DNA of 64,000 nt from Eledone cirrhosa (GCA_964016885.1 OZ024740.1:141546001-141610000); one strand, 5' to 3'; numbered from the stretch's first letter, positions 1-14,733 are shown. Program-made: numbers and translations. The notes: generated by a model not told the origin, from the sequence alone.

Positions 1-162
1 ATTCAAAGGCCAGCCTTGTCACTAATTGTGCAATGTTGAATTTTCAAGAGATTATGCGCGTGTCTATGGAATGTTCACTCAATTACACATTAATTCCCGG
101 AACAGGCTATACCATTGATCGAACAACTGGATCACTCATCATTGAAACCGACGGAGGTCCAT
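1..162 (+). mobile_element. 3' part of SINE family B
   Basis: Shares 'ccagccttgtcac...ttgatcgaacaactgga...gaaaccgacggag' with copies at ~6960-7085, 25385-25560 and 27400-27580. Confidence 0.6.
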
Positions 163-543
163 TCTTATTACATTCTTCGAGTATGAGTTGAGCTGGTTGT
201 GGTTTTGATGCTGGTGGGGTTAGTGGTAGTGGTACGAGAAAAATGGTTGTTATGATGATAGGGGTGTTGGTTGAGATGGCGGTGGTAGTGTCAGTTTAGA
301 TGGGGATGGGTTGAGGTGGTGGTTATGATTTTTTAGTTGTGTTGTTGAGGCGATAGTGGCGTGGGCTGAGGTAGAGATGGCTGATGTGGTCATTATTATT
401 GTATTTGTTGTGGTGATGATAGTGGTACTAGTTGAAGAAGTGGTGGTTGATGTGGTCATTATTATTATTGTTGTTATAATAGTGGCAGAGAAGAGTGTAG
501 CAATAACAATACAACGACGACGACGACGACGACCACCACCACC

Positions 544-575
<32 letters not shown>

Positions 576-810
576 CAATAACAACAACAATACTGAAAAA
601 TAATCTCTAAAAATAGAAAGAAAAGAGACCGAGTCGAACGTCAAAAATCAATAGAGCCATTTTTCGGTTGCCTAATATATAGTAAAAATAAAAAATAAAA
701 ACTGATAAAACAAAACAAAACAAATGAAAAACTACAGGAAAACATGAAATATACATATCTACAAATTTCCAAACACCCGCGCATATATATATACACGTAC
801 ACACACCCAC

Positions 811-925
<115 letters not shown>

Positions 926-1011
926 ATAATAATCAAATTACTTGGCACATGAATGCAGAAACCTTCGAAATAACCAAAAGGTCAGTCATAGCATTTTTCA
1001 AACCCTATTTT

Positions 1012-1042
<31 letters not shown>

Positions 1043-1255
1043 GCCATTCCTTAAGTGCCTTTCCAGCGATCCAAGCTACTCGGCACACACGAGTCAGTCA
1101 AAGAATAGCTTCTCTATTTAAGGCCGAATTTCAGCCTCCTTGGCTGCCTAGCCCTATTTGAGCTATTTAATTGGTCTTGTGATCTTAGCCACCATGAGAT
1201 TAGTCATCGCTCCCAGATGCACGTCATGTACATCAGAAGATGCTGTTGTGATCGG

Positions 1256-1356
<101 letters not shown>

Positions 1357-1385
1357 ACGGTTTTATTCGTACAACTGAATAAAAT

Positions 1386-2560
1386 ATATATATTGATGAG
1401 AGCTCCATAGACCTCATCATGTACTCTCGTTACGTAGACGACATTAATATAGTAATAAGGACACCCCCACAAGAGAATACTAACAAGTATGATTTAGAAT
1501 GTAGCACAATGGAAAGCATCCAGCAGATAGTTAATTCCATACACCAGAGTATAACTGTAACTATCGACTACCCTTCCAAACACCCTAACAGTAGACTACC
1601 TGTATTAGACACGGAACTCTGGATTAACACTATAGACGAGAGGGCCCAATTTCTTCACTCACACTATGCTAAACCCATGGCCTCGAAATACCTGATACTC
1701 AAAAACTCAGCAATGTCCAGTAGTGCTAAGTTTAATATTCTGATCGCAGACTTGGTATGAGTGATGAAGAACATGTCCCGCATGTGCGACCCAACAGAAA
1801 TGGAAAGACACCCAACACTTCATCAACCGCATGCAGTTCTCTGGCTACAACCAAAGAGACAAAGCCAGAGTATACGAGGAGCCACGGAGAAGTATAAGAC
1901 CCTCATAGAACTGGACATGAAAGGAATTTGCTCATTATACAGGAGCAAATCATGGAATAGCTTAGATAGGACTAAACATAAGATAGGGAAAGCCACCTCA
2001 TGGTACGACAACCAGAGATACCAGAGCGTCATGTTCGTGGACGCTACCCCTGGAGGAAAATTAGCTAACCAGTGTAGAAAGGCCCTGAGAAAGACCCACT
2101 TAAAGATTAAGGTGGTAGAAAATCCAGGAACTACCATAAAATCCCTGATCAGCAAAACATACTCTTTTAAGAGAACCCACTGTACTAATAGGAAATGTAT
2201 TATATGTAAAGTAAACACCCGGATAAACTGTAAAACTAGAAACGTAGTCTATAGCATAAGATGTTTAGAGGGTACTTGCAGAAACATGACAACAACATAC
2301 ATAGGCGAGACAGCTCGTAGCATAGGTGAAAGGATAGACCAACACTGGGGGAACTAAAAGGACAAAAAAAACGGTTCAGTACTATACGAACACACCAGAC
2401 AACAACATGACAGTAACATAGACAACATAGAAATTAAAATAATATCTAAACATAGAAATGACCCAGTAGATAGGCAAATCAGAGAGGCCAGTGAAATAGA
2501 ACTTAGAAGGCCAAAGCTAAACAGAAAAAATGAATGGAATAACAACAACATCCAAACAAA
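1386..2560 (+). pseudogene. Penelope-like element ORF fragment (RT C-terminus/thumb + GIY-YIG endonuclease), disrupted
   Basis: ORFs 1419-1760 and 1761-2357 give YSRYVDD, LPVLD, HYAKPMAS, SVMFVDATPGG, C-x4-CIIC and NVVYSIRC...YIGETARSIGER.DQH; internal stop and frameshifts. Confidence 0.9.
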
Positions 2561-3105
2561 CAATACTGACCTAAGAGAAATATAAATAAATAAATATATA
2601 CACAAGCACAATAACAACAAACACATATAAACACACACTAGTAAACTAAGATAGAATACAATAACCCAAACGCGAACACACACCAAACACTATACACACA
2701 CGCAAACGTGTTATTAATTCTGGCAATATTATTACAACAATATGATCCTCCCCAAGTATAACAATATATATATATATATATATATATGAAGCGAGGACAC
2801 AAGCAATGCTGTCCACCTTTTCGATCTCTAGGAGCTTATACACACACGCATACACACACACTTACACACACACACACAGATATATAAATATACATGTCTA
2901 GATACACATTAATGTTGTACCTAATTTAGGCTAGACTTTAGAAATCGATGTATTGTTGTGTTGACGTGAATATCCCATCGAATCAAAGCAAAATTTGTTT
3001 TTGTATAAAAGTAGTATAAAAGTTGAGTATTAAAAAATCTCCACAATCAGATATATAATGCTGAACAATGAAAACAATAAGACAAGGTGAAGTAGTTAAT
3101 TAACC

Positions 3106-3225
3106 CATTGTTTTATGATCGTTTCAGAAGGTAAAAATATTATCGATGGGCTGACTAATCAATAGCAGCTGTGCAACTCCATATCATTAACCACATTCAT
3201 TTTGATGTCTATCCTCAGGTTGTTT
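3106..3225 (-). ncRNA. hammerhead ribozyme motif, long stem II family; stem I 5' arm lost at inversion junction
   Basis: Reverse complement reads CTGAGGA...GAAA cgatca TA aaacaatg; homologous to 30246-30385. Confidence 0.55.
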
Positions 3226-3311
3226 CTGAGGATAGACGGCAGAATGGGTGTGTTTTTTTCATGGCTAATGGCATGGATAAATGTTTGCCCGCTAAAACGA
3301 CCGTAAAGCAA
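3220..3311 (+). ncRNA. degenerate type-I hammerhead ribozyme downstream of the PLE fragment
   Basis: ttgttt CTGAGGA tagacggca...tgcccgcta AAA cgaccg TA aagcaa; stem I pairs, but the G of GAAA is missing. Confidence 0.55.
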
Positions 3312-3359
3312 TGGATTATTTATCTACTACGCAATGTTTGATATTTTGCATTGTTCAGC

Positions 3360-3413
<54 letters not shown>

Positions 3414-3496
3414 CCACTCACACTAAGCGTGAACCTAATACGTTTTGTAACTTGTAGTGCCGCGTTGTTGTTGGTTTTTACTTTCCTATATATTGT

Positions 3497-3546
<50 letters not shown>

Positions 3547-3552
<6 letters not shown>

Positions 3553-3796
3553 TACACAGGTGTGTATGATTGTGTATAGAAGATTATATTAATAAAAGGA
3601 ATTCAACTGTGTGAAAATTGCAAACTTGACTGTCACCACAGAATATGAACCTGAAGATTGCGAAAGCATGAAAGTACTTGTTCAATTAACACTTAACATT
3701 TGATATTCTACCATACTATTTCATTGTAATACCATTATGAATTTTAAAGGATTGTAAATAAAACGAGTAAATCAGACACATTTTGAATTCCTTTTA

Positions 3797-3800
<4 letters not shown>
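3547..3800. mobile_element. non-autonomous PLE-terminus-like island with inverted arrangement, between (TA)n tracts
   Basis: Same family as 35821-36246; 3547-3613 is inverted relative to 3614-3800. Confidence 0.7.
3646..3684 (+). ncRNA. minimal type-I hammerhead ribozyme
   Basis: tgaac CTGAAGA t-tgc gaaa gca-t GAAA gtac TT gttca; stem I tgaac/gttca, palindromic stem III agtact. Confidence 0.75.
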
Positions 3801-3838
<38 letters not shown>

Positions 3839-4387
3839 GGAGGGGACTAAATAGTAGTAGCAGCGACAACAGCAACATCATCAGTAACAATAACAATAGC
3901 CGATAGATTTGTTTTCTATCTCCTCACATCTTCATTTAGTCTTTCGCTATCTTAATTTACAGGTCGCTGTGTTCTATCTATTTTTTTACAGATATTTTCT
4001 AATTTGATGGACATTCCGCCTCTATCAAATTACAAATCAATGTGTGTTTGTCTTCGATGATAATGTTATTTAGTTAGCTTTTATCTCTCTATGTCACTAT
4101 CATTCTGTCTTGCTATCTCCCCGCCTCACTATCTCTCTGTATCAGCCCATCCAAACGGATGGTTGAATTACAATTTTGCTTTTTTACAACTACCCTCACG
4201 TTTTCGCAAATATCATTTCCTTTCCTGGCTATTTGCATATATATTATATTCCCGTGGAAATAACTACCAATTTGATTTTTTTTCTTTCCTGTCTATAGAA
4301 ATATTGAGTCTTGGTTAAAGGTTTGGACATCCAGCCCATGGCATATAGGTTTCTGGTTTGATGATTTTAAACTAACAGAATTTTCCG

Positions 4388-4850
4388 GTGATAGGATGCC
4401 AGTATAAAGACACCAAGCTGCCCTCTATTTTAAGTTACTTCATTTTAATCTGAAATCTTTTTCATATTACCCACGAGGGTGAAAAAATATGAATAAAATA
4501 AAATTTACAGCTCATACCTCAGTAGGTTTAGCTGGTCTGGTACGAGGTTGTATTTTATAGGAAGCGTGGCTAGTCTGTTCCAGATGACGTGTTACCCAGG
4601 GACTATGGATAATTTCCAGAAATCTCTGCCGTGACAGGAACTCTGCCGAGGAAAACTGCCGAGGAACACTGCCGGTTCAAGACAAACTCTAATCGAGATG
4701 AGCGCAGCGCAATGAAACCAGTCTGCGTGCAATCGACAAGTATCCGTGCATTGTTGACTTGTGGAGTTATCCTGTGATAGGATGCCGGTATAAAGAAGTC
4801 GAGCTGCCCTCTACTTCAGGTTACTTCACTTTAATCTGAAAGATTTTTCA
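4388..4850 (+). repeat. diverged ~80-bp direct repeat pair (4388-4466 / 4774-4850)
   Basis: gtgataggatgcc.gtataaaga...agctgccctcta...ttacttca.tttaatctgaaa..tttttcata occurs twice. Confidence 0.8.
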
Positions 4851-5479
4851 TACAGATCCCGCTACCGGCCGACTCTATTGTGAAGATCACCCCGTCACCT
4901 TCTTTTGGCTTGGAGGGGCAGACAGTTTTTGTTTGTCTGCTGGCTAGGGCGAAATTGGTTATGGGGTGGATGTAACTGAAAGGATTGAAGACAGATACAT
5001 TCCTCTTCGGCCAACCCTTATCGACTTTTTCAACTTACACTTGGAAAAGAAGGTGAGGGGGTGGGGGGTGAGAGGAAGTGCTGCCCTCAGGTATATGTGT
5101 TAAAAGGTGGGTGAATGTAGTGAGAATTGTCCGAGTGAATGGGCCTACTCAAACATGCACCTGTAGGATGGAAAGTTCAAAAGAGAGAGGAGTACTTTCG
5201 TAATCTGGGTGATCTCAGAACATGTGGGGTTTCTAAATTACCCCTGGGAGGTACTCCCCGTTATTGGGGGAATTCGGCTGTTATCAATTTGTTGTTATTT
5301 GTTACCTGCTTTCGTTCTCAGTTGACATATCTATATGAAATACCCATCCTCCCTGTTTATTGTATTGTCCTCAATTATTATTATTATTATGTTATTCAGT
5401 TTAGATCAGTTCTGTTTCTCTATTGCCGGGTTCAGGCATTGAACCTAGGGCAATAGATGTTTTCATTGTAGAGAGAGAA

Positions 5480-5800
5480 CTTATCTGAGAATGTCTGCTG
5501 CTCCTAGTAGCCCGATCATTAGTAGCTCATATTTGCTGAGCTTGCAGGGAAGGACGCTAAGGTTCAGGTCTGATGATTTAGGTATTAATCCTAATGCTCT
5601 TATTACCACAGGGATAGCGTTTGTGGTCATCCTCCACATCTATTTCCAGGTCTTTGTATTTTGAAAGTTTTTTTTACAGGTGTATTCTTGTCAGCTGGTA
5701 CGGAAATATTTATAAGGCTACATGTCCGATCTGTTTTGTTTTTTATTATGATATCTGGTCTGTTGGCTGCGATTTCTCGGTCGGTTATCACAGGCATATC
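5480..5800 (-). mobile_element. R4/Dong-type LINE 3' fragment (restriction-like endonuclease)
   Basis: Reverse complement translates TDREIAANRPDIIIKNK...INISVPADKN...IPVVIRALG. Confidence 0.75.
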
Positions 5801-6774
5801 CCACAATATATATGTGTATAACGCTATGTTGGTGCATCAATACTAATTTTTTTAAATTTAAGCCTGGTCGGCTATCGCTCCGTATGTAAATGAGCATCAT
5901 CAGCTCATATGCATAGGCGAAACATCTATAAAATTCTAGCTTATTTTTGTCTCAGGAGAAACTAGATGGATATAAAGTTTTGACAACCCTCGACACGTGA
6001 GAAACAACGTTGTCGGTTGCTTCACCTGGTTTTTGCCAAGAGGAAGGATGTGTTTTTTATTCTCTCTTTCTTTATTTCTTTCTTTCCTATCTTGCTTGTT
6101 TCTTACAAATCTAAAACAAATATCATTGGAACACGCACACACACACATACGTACACACACACATACACATGCACGGACACACCCGCACGCACGCATATGT
6201 ATTGGAATACCTACAACGCGCATATTCATATACACACACACACACACACATACTCACAACGCACATATTTGTACGCGAACACATACACAAAAGTGCTCAC
6301 ACATATATGCACATATATACCCACGACACACATAGTCATATAGATACAAACACACTCATACGCATATACAAACATAACACATTCATATGGATACATATAC
6401 ACACATACGTGTATATAGTCCGCAAATATAGAAATGTTCTAAAATTGACAAAACTTCGCTAATTAAAATGCCTAAATGAAATATCTGTAAGTAGCACGTT
6501 GACTAAACTAATTAAGGTGTATATTTTAGAACAACAATCAGTTGAATATCAAATAAAATTTGCAAATTAACTAATTATATATTCATATCTCAGATATGTA
6601 AATTAGGCACGATAATATTCTCGAATTTCCAAGTAGGTTACTTGTCTCAATACAGCTATTATAAATTTTATCATATTGTCAATAGTAACCGTCTATTTCA
6701 AAGATATATATATATATGTAGTATTTAATTAATTTTTCATGGTCATTTTCTAGTGTGCTACTTTCATTGCATTA

Positions 6775-7085
6775 ACGCAGCATGATCAATGATTAAGAAG
6801 TTCACTTCACAATCATTAGGACTAGGTTTCGATCCTAAAGTGAGGCATCTTGACGAGAGTCATTTACCATATATTTGGGTCGACCAAAGCCTTATGAGAG
6901 AAATTGTGTAGACTAAAACTGTTTAGAAGCTAGATGAATCAATTGATTGTAGCTATAATTCAAGGGACCAGCATTGTTACACATGTTTTTAGGATGCTCA
7001 GCTACATACACGTAAATCCACAAGCGGGTTGTTCCGAAGATCGAATAACTGGAACACTGATTGTCGAAACCGACTGAGGTTCATT
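6775..7085 (+). mobile_element. tRNA-derived SINE family B
   Basis: 'ttaagaagttcacttcacaatc...ggtttcgatcc' tRNA-like head with B-box-like motif; body shared with 27225-27580. Confidence 0.65.
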
Positions 7086-8004
7086 CCATTCCATTTTCAT
7101 TGTACAGAAAATCTGAGCACACAAATAGGAAGACTCGCCTTTTTAGATTTCAAATATTCGTCCATTTTTTTTTTGTAATCGATGAAAAATCAAGAATTTA
7201 TAAAGCAAAATATGGTAAATGGTACAAATTATCGAAAATCTGTTATTTCTGAAAGCTGGACTTGTGACAATGGGTATCAAAATCAGAGCTACTACATATG
7301 TTAATGGCATATATTTACCGTAGAACTGAAGACTATTCCATTTTGTAAAGGCATGATCTTGGAAGTGAAGGCGCGTTGTTTAGAGGTTATAGAGTTGGGC
7401 TCACAATAGTTAGGTTGTGAGTTAGTTTCCCGAACAGGTCAGCAAATAGTAAATATAGAGTAATGTAAATGCTAAAGGGTTAAGATGTTTTTCAATTAAC
7501 ACTTTTAGTGCTTAGAAGTCTCTTAGATTTTCTCCTTATTTTGTTTTGCACTACAGCCCTCATGCGTAATCGAGAATAACGTAGTAGCAAATACCATGTT
7601 TTTACTAAGAGGTTTAAGTGCCCCTGTAGTCGCGAGAAACTACAGAAATATCCGCGACGTTCTAACGACCCTGCCAATTCGCCGCCGTTGGGAACGGCGT
7701 ATAATTAAAAATATTCTAAATAATTTCCCCAAAATCTGTAAATTTAGTCATGTGTGCACATACATACATGCGTGCGTTTATATGTGTGTGGCATATCAGG
7801 ATTCAACTTCGGGTCGACGTTTTCCTCTTGGACTAAAGAGAGGAGAGACTATAGAGAGATCTACAATTTAAGGAAATAATCATTATCACGTCGATAGACA
7901 ACCAGAAGCCTGAGTGTGTGTGTGTGAGAGTGTGAGTGTGTGTGTGTGTGAGTGTGTGTATGAATATACAAAAAGAAAAATGTCAGAGAGCAGGGAAGAG
8001 AGAG

Positions 8005-8035
<31 letters not shown>

Positions 8036-8255
8036 CATTGGGAGAAAGACAGAGAAAGAAACAGAGAGAGTGAAAGAAAATTAGAGAGCGAAAATATATT
8101 TTAACTCCTTAAAATATATTCTCTTACTCTCTTTTTTGCCATTCATTCATTTATTCATGCATGATTTCTTTCTTTCTTTCTCTCCCTTCTCTCTTCCCCC
8201 TCCTCCTCTCTAACCTAGTTCTCTCATTAAATTTTTCTTTCGTTTTTATTTTACT

Positions 8256-8319
<64 letters not shown>

Positions 8320-8328
8320 CCTGTTTGT

Positions 8329-8494
8329 TAAAATCCTCTATTGAGGATTTTGTTATAATTCTATTTTTTGTTATATTTTATTTTATTTTTATATATTGTT
8401 ATTGCCTCCTCCCTATTGAGGACGCCTTGTTTTGTAAACTCCCCCCATTGTACTTGTCCCACTTTTGATGCCCTTGTGGCAAATAAAAGAAACA
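8329..8494 (+). mobile_element. 5'-truncated L1/Tx1-type 3' end with 15-bp target-site duplication
   Basis: 3' end 'ttgtccc...gcccttgtggcaaataaa.gaaa' matches 47525-47564; TSD tatctacctgtttgt at 8314-8328 and 8495-8509. Confidence 0.8.
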
Positions 8495-9237
8495 TATCTA
8501 CCTGTTTGTCGGCCTGTGTGCCTGCCTATCTGCACGTCTGTATATCTGTCTGCTTGTCTTTCATTTGTTTTGTAATAAATTCTGACAAAAAACAAGAAAA
8601 AACGGCAAAAAAAAATCAAAACCAAACGAAATTAATTACTTCATTATCTAAAATGGCAGCTAATTTACACTTTCCTCAACTGCAGCATCATCACCATCAT
8701 CATGATTATCATTACCATCATGATCATAATCACCAACACCACACCATCCCCACCGCCAACGCTGCCGCCGCCACCATCACAAACACCACCACCACCACTG
8801 TTGCTACCACCACCGTCGCCATCGCCAATAACACCACCACCGTCCCCCCCCCGGCCACCCCCATCACTACCACCACCACCACCACCACCACCACCACCAC
8901 CACCACCACCACCACCACCACCAACACCAGCTTTTCTTTCCGTTTCTCATCTGTAATTACAACGTAGCATCTTTCCCCTTTTTAAACCTCATTGAATTCC
9001 TCTCTCTTACACACACACCCGTACATACACACACACACAACGATCTTACACACACACACATATACTCACGCACACATATTCATCTTTTACCTTTTCTCTT
9101 TTGTTTTTAGTTTTTCTTACTTTTTCTCTCTTTGTTTTAATGTAAGACTATTTCTAATTGGGAATTATCTTCTTCTTCTTCTTCTTCTTCTTCTTCTTCT
9201 TCTTCTTCTTCTTCTTCTCCTCCCTCCCCTTTATTTT

Positions 9238-9618
9238 CTGTGTTTCATTATCATTCACTCAATTCGTATCTGTCCTAAGTCATATCTTTCTCTCTATCCC
9301 CACATCTCTCCCCCTCAAGTAACTCTCTGTGTGTATTCCCCTCTCTCTGCATACATCACTATTTCCCTTTCTTTAATTCCTTCTCTCTCTGCTTTCTCAT
9401 TCTCACAAACCCGACCTGTCACACTTCTATTTCTATTTCCACTATTGAAGTACCACGCACGTATCTTAAGAGGAAGCCTAGAATGTTCTCTAATCTATGT
9501 CACTTTGTCTGTGATATGAGGTCAACCGAATTGGTCTGTGATTCGTTGTCATAATAACTGATGTAGCTGAGCTCGAAACTATCAAAGATTTCATTGAAAA
9601 AATGACAGCTTTTTTAAC
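9238..9618 (+). repeat. ~370-bp segment duplicated at 15539-15900
   Basis: Near-identical over most of its length; both copies follow a (CTT)n tract. Confidence 0.9.
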
Positions 9619-9961
9619 ATTATTTTTTTTACTTATGAAATGTTTTAATCGGTCACTGATTGTTTTAACGTTGGTTAAGATAAATTCCAAACGGACAGGA
9701 AGAACGGAGAGGAAGAACAGGAAGAAGTAATTAATTATCTCATTGTTTATTCTTTGTTTCTCTACCTATTTAATTTTAACAGTAACTTAACAAACTTACA
9801 TATGCTGTCAATTTCGTTTCATCAAAAGCCATTTTACTGAACTTTTCAAGACTACTCTGTGCGTATATATGTATATATTTATGTATGTAAAGATGTATGA
9901 GTGTGTATATATATGTATATACGTATGAATTATGTATATATATGTATGTATGGAAATATAT

Positions 9962-10025
<64 letters not shown>

Positions 10026-10381
10026 AGAGAGAGAGAGAGAGGGAGGGAGGGAGAGGGAGAGAGAGGGAGAGAGAGGGAGAGTAGTGTAGTTAATACGAAG
10101 CATTTTGTGATATGTAGTAAATGGCCGATAAGTTTTTTTAAAGCCAGTACAAAGCAAGGCAAATTATGGTAAATGAAACAAAACAGTAAAGTAATGTAAT
10201 GTTTTACCCAGTGTATTATTGGCATGATATTTCAGTTCTGAAACAGTCATATATAATCCCAGCGGAGAGACTTCTGGAAAGAGACAGGCTTCTCCGTTAG
10301 GAGTATACCGGATATCTATACCTACCCTGCAATCTAATATACACCAAGTACTACTCTCATTTACAGTCTTTTTGGTCTTCG

Positions 10382-10470
<89 letters not shown>

Positions 10471-10483
10471 ATACACATACACA

Positions 10484-10533
<50 letters not shown>

Positions 10534-10849
10534 GATAGATCTATGTATGCATGCATGTATAAATAAAGTCTAATAACTCCTTTTCTTTATATTACTCTCA
10601 TTTCAATTCTCCCTATCGCACTACTTTTGTTCCCAACTCTCGTTGCTTCTCATGTCTCCTTTGTCAGCCCTTCCATCCGCTGACGCCTAATTACAGAGAA
10701 ATACATTCAAATAAAGCATGCATGGTCCTGTAATTTCTGAAGGAGATTCTAGGTCATCTTTTAAAAAACCAAGCCTGAATACAGTAGATTTCTTCCAGAG
10801 AAGGATAAAGCGTGAGAGAATGGAAGTGAAAAAGAGATATAGAGGAATA

Positions 10850-11005
10850 ATCAACCCCCAGTATTTGACTGGTACTTTTTTTATCGACCTAGAATGAATA
10901 AAAGGCAAAGATGACCTCGGCGAAATTTTAACCCAGAGAGCAGAGCGCCAAAACGAATACCGCAAAGCATTCTATCCGGCGTTCTAACGACTCAAATTCG
11001 CCGCC
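10850..11005 (-). mobile_element. tRNA-derived SINE family A (Meta-domain-like core)
   Basis: Reverse complement has a 'tttgcctttt.attc...ggtcgataaaaa..gtaccagt' core as in 16947-17122. Confidence 0.65.
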
Positions 11006-11149
11006 TCAATCAAATACAGACGGTAAATTAACACTGAATTTGTGAAGCTATCAAGACACCGTTAGGTTTCAACCCTTAAATATAAGTTCTGGAGCCAGTT
11101 CAAAGATAATTATATTTTTGCTGCGTTTGTTGGGTCCTGACAATGTTGA

Positions 11150-11560
11150 AGTTTGCCGTCATATAATTAACATATTTTGTTCAATCGTTTAATTTCTTTT
11201 CTTTAGCTTTATTCTTTCTAGGAAGGATTTTCTCACATCTTCTCGCATCTCCTCAACTCTAATCTTTTTGTTATAGTTGCCAATTTTCTTGAAAACAGAC
11301 ACTTATGTTCAATATAATACGTAACTATTTACATTGATCTGCTGCTATTTTTTGCTGTGTATTTATGTAAGCCCATACTAATTATCTGATAGTAATTTTC
11401 TGATTGTAGGAATTCCCTTCCTACTTCTGTTTATACTAAATATTACCTGTCAATATCTACCTTTGGGTGATGTACTTTAAATGCTGTCATTAATTTTCTT
11501 GTTTTCAATCTAATTTCATTAACCCCTTCATCTTCCAGTCAATATTCTTAAATATAGAGC
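11150..11560 (-). mobile_element. highly degraded R4/Dong-type LINE fragment
   Basis: Reverse complement translates TRKLMTAFKVHHPKVDIDR*YL, like the TRKLL...DVDRLY motif in the 59966-60496 ORF. Confidence 0.5.
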
Positions 11561-12221
11561 ATATTATAGATAAAATTGTTAACATTTGTGCGACTTATTT
11601 TCACGTTGCTCCAATCCACGCCGCTGGATAAAAAGTAGTTGCGACGTTCTGGGGTCGATAAAATAAGTACCATTCGATATAATCGACTGTCCCCTCTACC
11701 TTTAAAATTGCTGGCCTTGTGTCTAAATTAAAAATCACTGTTAAGTTTTATATTCTTAATTGCTTCCTTTTTAATTATTTAATTTTTAATAAATCATTAT
11801 TTAACCCTATATTATGTTATTGCTTTTCTTTCCTAGATGGTTTTTCAACATTTTTCTATTTACAGTTTTATTCTTAAGATTTCTAGCCAGAGAATGAATG
11901 CACTGATTTGTTACTGATTATCATCTTTCGAATAAATTATTCATATAGAGGAGATGGCTTATGATCAGTTTATACAATAATAATTTGCATATCCAATCTG
12001 TTTGTTCCAGCATTGAGAACAAAGAGGGAGATTAAGTACTAAACAGAAAATGTCAGGATGAGAGGGAATTTTACGAATATTCCTTTCTTGATGAAGATTT
12101 AAATGTTTATCCATCTATCATTTTTTTAGGTGTATTGTTGATGTTCTGTACTTTGCTAGGGCGAATACATACATACATACATACATACATACATACATAC
12201 ATACATACATACATACATACA

Positions 12222-12252
<31 letters not shown>

Positions 12253-12544
12253 GTCCGTCTATACATGCATATATATCTACACATACACAAACACACATAC
12301 ACACATACGCATACAGTATAATCCCAACGGAAAACCTTCTCAGTTTCGGAGACTTACGGTGTCTCCGAATTACGGCCAATGTATTTTGGTAAACATATTA
12401 TTTAGTATTTCTACGCAACAATGTTATCGCGACTTTTGAAATTCATTTTGAATGTACTCCTTCATGATATTTTCTTATTTTCTAACTTGCGTCGTGCGTC
12501 ATGTTTTTAAAAGAACATGTTTAAAGAAAAGCTCATCCCTACAT

Positions 12545-12631
<87 letters not shown>

Positions 12632-12642
12632 TATATATATAG

Positions 12643-12758
<116 letters not shown>

Positions 12759-13300
12759 AAATTGGAAATAGCATGGAAAATATAGTTAAGGATCTGTTTT
12801 TCTTTTTTTTCCCCAATTCTTTGATTTGTCAAAGTGACATTACTGAAAAATTGAGAGGGACAATTCTTAAAAAAAAAGAGTTTTATAATGTATATCGATG
12901 TTATGTATATCGATGTATTAGTAAAATTCATCTTATCAAATGTTGAGTATTACAATTAAAAATAATTAATAAGAATTAAAAACTAAAAATTAAAGATTTA
13001 AAATTAAGTGTTGAGGCAAGTTTTTTTTCATCTTTCTTGTTGAGAAGGAGACTGGAAAAATAAAATCATGTGTATATAGAGAGAGGTGTAGTCATGATAG
13101 GCTTTACTTTTATATATATATATATACACGTATATATCAGCCTACTAAATTTGGCTCACATGTTATTCTTGGTCAAACCTGTAACCAACTTAGTACCAAG
13201 CGAACACTTGAACCAACCATACAAACACGAAAGAATGAACAACAAAAAGACGTGAAATAAAATATACTATTACAAAAGAAAAAGAGAGATGGATGGAAAA

Positions 13301-13346
<46 letters not shown>

Positions 13347-14274
13347 GGAAAAAATGAAACGAAATTTCATTTCCCACTCAATCAATGTGGGGGGGGGGGG
13401 GGAGGGGGGAGGAAGAGAGAAGAGAATGAAACTTAAATGTTGGCGAAAAGTTTAGATAACCAGTTTTCTGAAGAAACATTGTTGTTAATTGAAGCATTTA
13501 CCATGTTTTTTCTCTGGGTTTATTGACATAATTAATCACACTGTAGACAACGGTGCAGTTTTATTGACACCATTAATCACAATGTAAACAACGTTTAAAG
13601 GTGGCCGTGGGTGGGGGTGGGGACGACCAAATTTTGGTTAAGGTCAAACCGACGACGACCAAGCTAGACGTTAGATGCAAATACGGTATAGAGGTCTATC
13701 ACCTATGTAATATTCCAGTGCCGGCGCTGCCATCGAGGCCAACCAGATAGCAGTCAAGGGCACAGATCTCATAGATGTGCATTACTGATCTTTTAAGGGT
13801 CTCAGTTTTCTACAAATACATCACTAAACATCTTATCCACATAGCAGTATTGTAGAACTATCCGAAGTGGCGGAGATTGTCGTACAATGTAACATAATTT
13901 GGTGTCGGTGTGAGTCGACTGTGTATTAAGAAGTGCTGAGTGTGATTAAAGCAAGAAGTGTCAAAAACTTGGTTTATCAACTTGCCAAACTGAAAGCTGA
14001 AATTATTTTACTTAGTGGAACGGGCGCATAAATGGGGGAATGTGGTGCACATTGTTAAGCTAGGCTTGGGAGCTGGATATCTACGTACCAGACCAGCAGA
14101 CATTAATTGAATAATCTACGTAAAGCCATGGTGTATATACTTTATTTAAAGTATTCACATTCTATTTTTCTATATCCACACATAACAATACATACGCACT
14201 CTCACTATTTTTCTCCATTACACCCCATCTTTCTTTCCACTGCACCCATCTCTCTTTCACTCTTCATTACCCCT

Positions 14275-14733
<459 letters not shown>

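Noticed and set aside
1758-1760. In-frame TGA in the PLE fragment as recoding
   Set aside because: It falls where Arg is expected in a copy with other frameshifts, so simple decay is more likely
5860-5910. Minus-strand CTGATGA...GATA hammerhead-like motif
   Set aside because: GAAA is altered and there is no stem I pairing
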